Origin: Lama guanicoe
Lineage: Eukaryota
Direction of reading: 5' to 3'
Assembly: GCA_013239625.1 (NCBI GenBank)
Contig: MU054400.1
Coordinates: 1,595,146-1,659,145 of the forward strand
DNA length: 64,000 bases
Part shown: positions 54,621-64,000 of the stretch, one piece after another
How the letters are laid out: each line of letters opens with the position of its first letter
Position numbering within the stretch: the first letter of the stretch is position 1
Notes under the pieces: generated by a model
Told to the model about the DNA's origin: nothing
What the model saw: the letters and a program-made list of their open reading frames with translations, nothing else
Database searches by the model: none
Position numbers and translations under genes: made by a program

Positions 54621-56440
54621 TCCTATATAAGAACTATGATCTTATGCATGCAGGAAAAGAAGGCCAAACAAACAGATTCCTTACAAAGGAAGAACAGTCA
54701 CACTGAACCCAAGCTTCCCCTATGCAGAAGTAAATGTGTATATAATAATAAAAGGAAGAAATTTTTACAGAATTTTAATAGGACAAATTGAACTCTCAGA
54801 ATTTTATGTCAAGCTAAGATGGAGCTCTTGTCAAAGCAATAGAAATAAAATCAAGTGTGCTCATCTGATGCACAGAAGAGTTGGTTTACAATTATAGTTG
54901 ACTCCTCTGAATAGCAAACTACATTCATTTGACATGGAGTTTAATTTGTAAACAATGTTTTCCCCCAATACGTCATAGAAACACATCTATTGCAAATTGA
55001 AGCCTCAAGTTCAGTTGCCTTCAGTGACAGGCAAGTAACACAAATGACGGGAGAAGCCGTGGTGTATTTCCATGGTCTGCCAGAATCATCGTTTTTGGGG
55101 TTTAGTGCTGCTCCCGATACTTAGCTTCTGCCTCAGGGAAGCTTGAGGGAGTAGCGAGGACGCTGGCAAACGTCTCAGAAGATGGATACTTTTCAAGAAT
55201 GAGAAATCGAAACCACGTTGCTGAGTCTCTTAATTTTTCAAAAGAAATCAGGCTGTTTAGGTTTTATATTAAACCATCTTCTGTTTACTCATCTGAAAAT
55301 AAAGATTGTCCAGAATCAGTAGCTTTCATGCTGTTTTATGCCACAGAAGCCCTTCTTCAAATGAAATGAATTCCATAGAACACAAAACTGGGAACTAGAT
55401 TTAGATCATCTTTCAAATAGCTATGATTCTATGGGATCCTAAACAGGAGTTGGCTGAGTAATGAGTGGTCTGCTATCTAGCTAGTCAGCATATTCAACTT
55501 ATGCCAATTTAACGCATTAGTTTAGCTCAATTTAACGTGTATTCAGTGATTATAAGGGACTAGACACCGTGCCTTTATGGTTGCATGAGCCCACTGCTGA
55601 CAATCATATGTACTTATTTCAGGTCAGCAAAAGCAGAACACTCAGAGGATGTAGAAAAGCCGGCTTGTACAGGAGGAGGGGGAAGATGTCAGCCAAGGGG
55701 ATTATTTGCACTGTGTCTTGAAGGAGGGGTTAAGTTTTTCCAAGCAGAAATAGGACAGCGGGTGTCTGGAACAGCCCGAAGAAACACACACACAGGTGTG
55801 AAAGTACACAGTACCTCCAGGGAAAATGAGACAGCTGGTATACGCCGAAGGACGCTGCCCTCAGAAATTAAGCATTAACCTGTTTACTGGTGAGTAATTA
55901 AGTTACATTAATCAGTCATTTTCTTACCATATTTGCATGGAGGAAGAGCAAAAACAGGCCTCAGAGTGGTGAGGATGTAAATCTTACTTTATATAAATAA
56001 AACATTTATTCAATTACACATTTTAAGTTGCTATCATGGGGATAATCTGTTATTTTAATAAGCCAAATCCTCTTACATTTTATAAATACTTATAACACAG
56101 ATATGTACAGATTTTCAGACAAAATATAATGGGCTTGATTCTCATCAACATTTCTAGTCTTAATATCTAAGATTAAAATCTATTAACTTAAGAAGAAAAC
56201 AATGTGAATCATCCCAAACAATTTTGAGGCTACTTTTCCAAGCAATCTTTGGGGCTGCCTCCTCAGTCGGCTAAAACCCCTAACAATTAGAGTGATTGGC
56301 TGAAATGCAGACTGAATTCTTGTTTAAAAAACAGGTGACCCAGAGCCCTATTTATATTTAACAAGGACTATAAAACTTACAGAAGGAGAGAACCAGACAT
56401 TCCACATCTCTGGGTTGAGTCCTGCAATAGTGTAATTTTC

Positions 56441-56566
56441 TTTTCTTTTTTTAAAAAAATAATTAATGAATTAACTTTTAATGGAGGTACTGGGGATTGA
56501 ACCCAGGACCCTGTGTGTGCTAAGCACACGCTCTACCACTGAGCTATACCCACCCACCTGCCCCCT
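56441..56566 (-). mobile_element. Vic-1-like SINE
   Basis: ggaggtactggggattgaacccaggacc...ctctaccactgagctatacc; TSD gtgtaattttc at 56430-56440 and 56571-56581. Confidence 0.9.
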
Positions 56567-56667
56567 CATTGTGTAATTTTCAAGTCAGCTTTGGGCCAGT
56601 CACTGCCACCCAGGGTTACCATGCCACTCAATGGAATTCTGGGTAACTTTCACTCTTACTAGACTGC

Positions 56668-56740
56668 AGTTGACCCTTGAACAACACAGGTGTGACTTCA
56701 TCAGTCTGCTTACAGGAGGATTTTTTTTTCAATAAATACA
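56668..56740 (+). mobile_element. Tigger2-like DNA transposon terminal fragment
   Basis: cagttgacccttgaacaacac terminal repeat followed by ggatttttttttcaataaa. Confidence 0.7.
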
Positions 56741-58590
56741 GTATTTATTGTGTATTTTCATTTTACAGAACTTTAACTAAATATGGGGGAAAGTTTATAA
56801 TTTGATTAGAGATCACAATATGTGGAATCAAACGAACTAGGGTTTGAGTGCTGATTCTCTCCAAACTGGTTCAGTTTCTTGCCCTAACCCCCACATTGTT
56901 CAATAGTCAAACTGTGTGTTTTGAATGTACAGTGTCTTTTTAATATGTGTTTAACATGACAATATATATTCCCATTTAGCTTCCCTTAGAATTTGAAAGA
57001 ACCCTGTATTCTTTTCATATTCTTCCTATATAGTAGGGCCCCCAATTTTTTTTCAATACCAAAAAGAAAGCTCTTTGGATTGTCTATCTTTCAAGCCTGT
57101 CTCACCACAAATGCTAAGGTAGGTCTGTTGACAGTGCCTCACATACTTTCATGTGCAATAAGTAAGAAATGGAAGAATACTGTTAAGCATAATATTGAAA
57201 AGGATCTCATATAACCTCAAAATACCCACGGGTCAATACAGTAAAAATCAGGAAGGGAGAAAATAAGAATAAATGGGGCGGGGGGAGGCAGGAAAAATAA
57301 AATAAGGCCAAAGTTTAGGTTGCCTTACAAACCGTAAGTCATAACATGCTTTGTCCTATTAAAATGTTTAATTTCACATATCTGAGCCTGGACTTCCCAG
57401 CAGCGAAGGCAAAGAAGAAAGCACAATCGTACTTTCCGTAAAGTAAACACAAACACGTTACTCAGAAGAATGACAAACCTCCCTCTGTCTGAGTTTGTGG
57501 AGAGATTTATTTCATGAGTCCTCATATTGAGGGCAATTTTTAATGCAGCTATGAAGAATGTTCTGCCTTAAAGTTTAACAATCCATGAAATTTGAAGTGG
57601 ACAAATAAAGTGCTCAAAAAGCAAAAAGCAAAGAGTTCTTGAAGGTGACAGCCCTCTGGGAGTCACATAGTGGCTCACAAGTTGAGTCCTCAAAGACATC
57701 AGTATAAAAATGCAAGAGAACTGTTTTTTACAAGATCCCTCAAAGTAGGCCAAGTATATGAGCAGTCACCAGCAACTCAGTTCATCTCTGAGAGCCTCGC
57801 TACCATCATTTTGAAAAGGAGGAGATGACAGGCAGGCAGAATAACCTAGATAATCTCTAAGGGTCTCTCTAGCTCTGAAAAAATGTTTGTGGTTCTTGAT
57901 TAACTTTTTACCGAGCCCCTACTCTGTGCTGTTTCCTGGATAAAAAGAACTCTAAACACACACACCTGCCCCTTTGAGTGACTATTTCATAATTTTGCTA
58001 TTCTGGAGAGTAGATTTGTTGTATTTGCCTGTTATCATAGCCAGAAAGAAGCCAATATTTGCACACTCAACGATCCATGAAAGTTAATAGAGAGCTGACA
58101 CCCTCTGACCTTCTGAATTGTTCATCTTTCAACTCAGATGAAGGTTGGAAACTCTCACTGAATAGTCAAAACTCTTTGTGACAGCTTCTGTCAGACCAAT
58201 TTTCAAACTTAATATGTGTATTAGTGCCTATGTTAAACAAAGCACTTAAAACCCTACTGTTTTAAAGTGTCATCATGTTCAAACTCCCAGGTATATTTTC
58301 CACTATTAAAAACCCTTAACTGAAGACACAACTAAAATGTGTTCAGCTTTTGAAAACTTGGGACAAAACTGTGCAGAGAAGATGGAGCCCCCAGCAACAG
58401 GATGAGAATACAGGGAAACTAACAAAAAATTAACAATCTGAAGAATTTTAAAAGGTAATAGTAGAATCTTCAATATATTTTATAATGTCGTTATACTCAG
58501 TACCTCCCAGATAACACAAATACGTGCCTTTATTCATACATCACATATGTATTATATCTGTATATGCATGTATGTATGGGTGTGTATATT

Positions 58591-59134
58591 TGTAGGGAAA
58601 CAAAATTTTCCGCCTCAAGATTTCTCTTTGGTTTGTGGATTATTTTGAGTTGAACACAGTCAAGGCTCAAAAAACTCAAAAGAAACTTTAACCTTCCCTG
58701 TAAATACCTGAAGAATTTAAAAAGAGGGCCTACCACCAGAGGAATGGAGCCATCACCAGAGAGATCTGTGGTGCATATAGGCTGTGTGTGGTGGATGAGA
58801 CGTTTAGAGATCAGAGTTCACTGTATGTCCCATTGTCTCTGCCTGGCCCAGCAAACATTTGTTTATAAGCATTTGCTTTTCCATCTCCATGTAACTTGCC
58901 TTCCTCCCCTTTGAAGTCCCGAACCGCTACCCGCAGCATCCTCACTGAAGATGGTATTCAAGGTGAGGGTTTCAGTCATGTTGGTGAGATACTCAGGTTT
59001 TCTGGCTCTCTCTCACATATACGTTATTATAATTTTGTGTGATTTTCTCCTGTTAATCTGTCTCATGTCAATGTAATTCTTAGACCAGCCAGAAGAATCT
59101 AGAAAGGTAGGGGAAAATTTCTTCCTCCCCAACA
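58591..59134 (+). mobile_element. Solo ERV1-class LTR (MER34/MER39-like)
   Basis: TG...CA termini (tgtagggaaa...ttcctccccaaca) and LTR motif ttttctcctgttaatctgtct; inserted in a TA/TG-rich tract. Confidence 0.8.
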
Positions 59135-59617
59135 ATATACGTGTGTGTGTGTGTGTGTATTTCCCATAATATTTTGGGAAGAAATATCTGTAAATCTGGC
59201 TTAGAACACTTTGCAGTCCCATTCTTTCCACCTCAGAATAAAGAAAAACTATGTAACAGAATAAAAAGCCTATTCCACATCACTTTCACAGTTGCAGGAG
59301 CCTGACATTTTTCTATAAGTGAAGAGTGCTTTCGGTGTGTTGTCTTGGCAACCCACATACTAATGCACAGTGTTGCTATTAATAACATGATTTTCCAAAG
59401 ACTTGAACAACTCTTGGTAAATTTACAAATAAAACAAAGCACAATTTCTTCAATAAACCTGTAGTTGCATTTCTGAGAAATTCAGTGCAATTAAAATGCA
59501 AAAGTTACTTTGAGTATATGTGTAAATTAGTGTTATGTTCTATGCTCAGAAAATTACAAAGCGGTTTTTCACCTGCATGAATGTTCAATCAGAAATTAAA
59601 ATATCATGTGCAATGTA

Positions 59618-60113
59618 GGTTATGAGCTGAAGTTTCATTCCCCAAATTTCATATTTTGAAGTCCTATTCCCCAGTGCCTTAGAATGTTATCTTATTTGGG
59701 AACAGGTTCATAGTTAAGTTTAGAGGCGGTCAAACTAGAGTAGGGTAGGCCCCTAACCCAACATTATTGGTGTCCTTATGAAAAGGGGAAATTTGGACAC
59801 AGACAGGCACACAGGAAGAATGCCATATGAAGATGAAGATAGAGATCAGGGCAATGCTTTACAAGCCAAGGAATGCCCAAGATTGTCAGCAATAGCCAAG
59901 ATGTAACCAGACAGGTCTGGTGTCTGTCCTCGGGTCACTCAGCAAATGGCCAGAACCTAGAAGAGAGGCATGGAGCAGATTCTTCCTCACAGCCTCAGAA
60001 GGAGCCAATCCTCATGATACCTTAGTCTCCAGAACCAGGCGACAATAAATTTCTGTGGCTCAAGACACTTGGATTACAGTCCTTTGTTATGACAGCCCTA
60101 GCAAACTAATAAG
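59618..60113 (+). mobile_element. MaLR MLT1B/C-type LTR carrying a 53-nt foreign insert
   Basis: gttatgagctgaa...caagccaaggaatgcc...gagaggcatggagcagattct...cagccctagcaaactaat. Confidence 0.85.
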
Positions 60114-60350
60114 ACATGCGTGAGAGGGCAGCGTCTCAAAGGATATCTTTTTATACCATTTTCATTTTTTAAGCCAAGTGAATATAGTGACTCATTAAAT
60201 GTGTTACATTTTTTAAATATATAACTTCATGCAAAAGAGATACTGTTTCATGGGGAGGGAGGGGCAAAGTAGGTAGGAAGCCATTAGAACCCAGTCCATA
60301 CAATTGCCCGCAGGGCAAAAAGTGTTCGACCGCAGGGCCTGTGCTGATCC

Positions 60351-60517
60351 CAGAAGAACATCCTGGCAGTTCTGGAAAAGCTGCCTCAGGCCCTGGTCCA
60401 GCACAGCCCGGCCGGCCCGGCAATGGTGCAGAGTGAGAGAGCAGGGCCGGCGGCGAGCCAGGGCCACCAGCCAGGCGTCCTCCAGGACACAGCAGTCTGC
60501 AATCCGGACCTGCCTCC
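60351..60517 (-). pseudogene. FBXL-like pseudo-exon A (end of F-box 'LWR' motif plus first LRR)
   Basis: Acceptor ...TTTTGAACCTCCCAG| then phase-1 GG AGG CAG GTC gives (W)RQVRIADCCVLEDAWLVALARRRPCSLTLHHCRAGRAVLDQGLRQLFQNCQDVLL. Open for 55 codons. The expected donor reads GGATCA, not GT. Confidence 0.7.
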
Positions 60518-60825
60518 CTGGGAGGTTCAAAACCACAACAATTAATGAAACTAGGGATCTTAAAGCGCTCCCCTCCACAACACCTTCGGAGAAGGGCCGG
60601 TTTCAGGGTGTTCTCTCGTGTGCCTCAAAGGTGCCTGCCTGAGCACCAACAAGTGCCCAGCACAGAGGCAACAGCCAAGATGTAACCACAGGGATCCGGA
60701 TCCGGTGTCTGCCCCCGGGTCACTCAGCGGCCAGCTGGGGAGGCTGACCTTAACCACGTGTAAAACCTAAATAGCAACGCTGATAAACGCGAATGTGCAA
60801 GATGCCAGGCGACTGTATTAGAGAT

Positions 60826-61766
60826 GTCAGGGCTCTGCACCCAATTACAATGTGTCTGGGGGGCTTCCCGAAGCACCAAGCAATTCTCTGACACCAGCTG
60901 CACGTACTACAATTCAACTCAGTTCTGACACTATCTGCCTGGAGACAGCGTCAGATCCCACAGGTGAAGGGCTCAGTCTCACGAGGCTGCCCTCACGTCA
61001 GACGATCATCTCAAGCGCAGGTGGTGACCTGTGTTTCTGACTGGCTGTAAATCAGAAGTTCCCATGACCCCCTCCTTGGCTTCAATTAGTTTTCTAGAGT
61101 GGCTCACAGAACTCTAGAAAATCTAGAAATCTAGATCTCTCAGAAATCAGTTAACTCACTAGATTACCAGTTTATTACAAAGGATATCCAAGTCAATGGT
61201 CAGATGAAGTGACACGTAGGACCATGTCCTGAACAAAGGCGCTCTGTCCTCGGGCAGTTTGGGGCCCAGCATGTGGCATTAGGAAGCGTTCTGGTTCTCC
61301 AGCCTGGAAGCTCTCTGAAAAAAACCTTTTTGGTTTTTATGGAGGCTTCATTATGTGGGCACGATTGATCAAATCATTGGCCGTTGGTGATTGATTCAGC
61401 CTTCAGCCCCTCTCCCTCCCTGGAGGTCAGGGATTTGATGACTGGAAGTCCCAAGCCTCTCTTCATGGTTGGTTCCCCTGGCAACCAGCCCCATCCTCAG
61501 GTGCTCTCAAAAAGTCACTCATTAACATAAAGCAGATGTGGTGAATAATGACACCTGCTCCACCTTTATGGCTCTGAAGCATTTTTAGGAATTGAGGACA
61601 AGAGACCAAATATTGTAACAAAAGATGCTCCTATTGCTCAGGACAATTCCAAGGGTTTTGGGAGCTATGAGGCAGGAATCGTGGCTGGAAACCAAAAATA
61701 AATAAAAAATATATTTTTCCCATTTGAATGACCAAATATATATTTCTTATAAATCACAATATCGCA
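60826..61766 (-). mobile_element. Solo LTR, MER21-like
   Basis: ttctgacactatctgcctggagacagcgtcagatcccacagg...; the right end reverse-complements to tgcgatattgtgatttataagaaatatatatttggt. Confidence 0.78.
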
Positions 61767-64000
61767 GGGTGACACTGGAGGGTTAGAGAAGGCTTCCCCA
61801 GGAAAAGACATCCGCACTTAGATGTGAAGGAGGATAGGAATTCACAGGGCAAAGAGGGAGGGTGGCAGGTGAGAGAGGTTCTGAGGCCGGAAGGAGCTTA
61901 ACACAGAGGAAACGAATAAAGGCTGGTGTGACTGGCATGTAGACAGTGAGGAGGAGTGACCCAAGATGAGGCAGCAAGACAGGCAAGGGTCACACTGCAT
62001 GTGGCCTTGCAGGGCACAATGAGGGTTTGAACCCAACGGTTTTAAGCAAGGATCAGACTAGAATTTTAGAAAAATGTCACTCTGGCTACTTCATGGAGGT
62101 AAGGTAAATCATTTTTAACACCCGCCTCCCCTGTAGGGCAGAATTATTTTCTGTAACTATTATTTTTCCGGACTTGCTGAGCTTTGGGGAAATACCTTTA
62201 AAAAATACTTGCCATTTTTTAAATTTAGTAAATCACTTCATGTCTGAACAAAAAATTCCACATACCAAAGTTTTGCTGTTTTAAATTTTAAACATAAGAC
62301 GTCTCTATGTGGTCATACAGAATAACAGAGCTGAAGTAATTCAAGTTCTGTTTCCTTACCTTTATAACCACTGTACTATCATTGTTTAGTTTGAATCTAC
62401 TGGTTAAATGCTTGAATGTGTAGTTACAGAAGGATTGGAGACCCAAACCAGAACTAATCCATAACTAAAGTGAGCTCCTCTGATCCTGAACCATCATGAA
62501 CCTGACTTCCAAATGAATACAGATTGACAAGTCCACGGTGTGAGGGGCCTGCCATGTAACTGGGAGCTCTCTGGGTTAATTCCATATAGAATACAATGTT
62601 TATCAAAGAATAAGTATTAAAATGGCTAATTTAAAGCTTGTATATTAATTATTAAAATTCAGCAGCCACCACAGCAACTGTATAGAACTTAGACCATCAA
62701 AAGATTTTTTTCAGAGATTAGTACTTTATTGCTGAAATTATTTAGAATTTCCAGTGTGTGGTGATAATTAAAAAACAGACTGACTTTTAATAGGTATTAT
62801 TGCTTTTAAATTCTTTACAGTCAGTGCATCCCCTTCCTCACTGCACCTCACAGATCTTTCCCTCCACCTGGCCCTCAGGATACTGCCGTGCAGAGAATGC
62901 ATTGAAGGAGAGCCAGGGGTTTGGAGGAGGCCCCTGGGAGGGAAGCCCATGGAGAGAAAATGGAGGCTTAACCAGGGAAAATGGATTTGAGAGAAATGTA
63001 GGTGTTAGGTGTTAGGGCAATTGGATATACAGGTGGAGACAGGAAGAAGAGTGTGCCAGCTCCCAGCATTCTGGATGGGATACCCAGGTCCATGGTGGAC
63101 CGATTGATGTGCAGACGGGGACTGAATCCACAAGTATGGATCCAATTGCCTGAGGACAGGGGGAAATAGTTCTCAACCTTGATGAGCTCTAGCATTTAGA
63201 GGAGGATCCACTGGCAAGTATTATTTCTGTTTTGTAACTGGAAAACCAAGGCACTTAGTGGTTCCATCATTTTCCCAAAAGTTAGAAGAGTCAGAGTTAA
63301 TTTTTGGCTCATCATGAGCACACAGTAACTTAGCCAAAATGCATTTTAAGAACATCCTTGGGGAGGTGGAAAAGAAACATAGGGCTTGTCATTCATGTTC
63401 TAACAAACTAAAAACGATCGGCGAAGGCCACTTAATTCTCTGAATATCTATGTATGTACACACCCGACAGAAACTAACTGAAGCCTCACCCAGAAACCCT
63501 GCTTGTTTATTTCCCTTCAGTCTTTCCAACCCCTTGCGTGGGACTGATAGTGTCAGCTGTGACAAAGAGGTAAGTAAGAAAACTTGAGTCGAGCACTGTT
63601 GAGACTAAACCTTGCTAACCACAATCAGGGATGCCGTGCTCAGAACAGAATGAAACATACCATCGGAGAATGTGATTGACCAATGTTTTCTATTCCGACC
63701 TAATGAAATACTCTGTGCTGCTTCATCTTGCCATTAGAAGCAGCGTCAGAAAGCTTGTTGTGCAACATAAAACACGGTGGAAATTAAAAGTAAGTTTGAT
63801 CAATTCTAATTCAGCTGCTATGAATGCAATCAATTCTCTCTCCTACAGTGAGATTTTTATTGCTAACATCAGCACTTCCCCTTACATGCCCTCTGTATTC
63901 CCTTCCAACCCATCCCCTACTTCAGACCTACTGCTCTCCCTGTGATAAGGCATTTATTAAATGATATCTACCTCACTAAAGACATTTTCTTTTTATTTGA

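Larger units (their letters stand above)
35224..60517 (-). pseudogene. Putative unprocessed pseudogene of an F-box/LRR (FBXL-like, cysteine-containing LRR) gene upstream of RASEF
   Basis: Three exon remnants in plausible gene order with splice signals and LRR-like translations (see individual features). Lesions are a frameshift, a nonsense codon, a probable lost donor and a micro-inversion. Confidence 0.75.

Noticed and set aside
39840..57753. Other weak LRR-like snippets on the minus strand (LSSC.QV near 39850, NFYGCSAV near 52590, LQISW near 57590)
   Set aside because: Each needs several indels or lacks splice sites; indistinguishable from chance without alignment to a real orthologue.
60461..60480. 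CTCF-like motif ggccaccagccaggcg
   Set aside because: Spacing differs from the CCACCAGnnGGCG core, and the sequence is explained by codons of pseudo-exon A.
1..64000. CRISPR arrays, operons or other prokaryotic systems
   Set aside because: The sequence is mammalian, with spliceosomal introns and LINE/SINE/LTR repeats; no repeat-spacer array was seen.

Overview
Mammalian genomic DNA, most likely camelid (three Vic-1-type tRNA-derived SINEs). The left half holds the 5' part of RASEF (RAB45) on the minus strand: a CpG-island promoter and coding exons 1-6 (ATG at 28784; two EF-hands then coiled coil). All introns are GT-AG with consistent phases, and the gene runs off the left edge. The right half (29-64 kb) looks like repeat-rich intergenic DNA but appears to hide a decayed multi-exon F-box/LRR (FBXL-like) gene on the same strand. 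Its remnants are an open exon at 60351-60517, a frameshifted and stop-containing exon at 38576-38685, and a terminal exon whose splice acceptor and first 7 codons were flipped by a 42-bp micro-inversion (35284-35325). Several local rearrangement scars are also visible: templated insertions, a 139-bp tandem duplication and a 28-bp inverted repeat. Repeat family names and homologue comparisons come from recalled sequences, not database searches.
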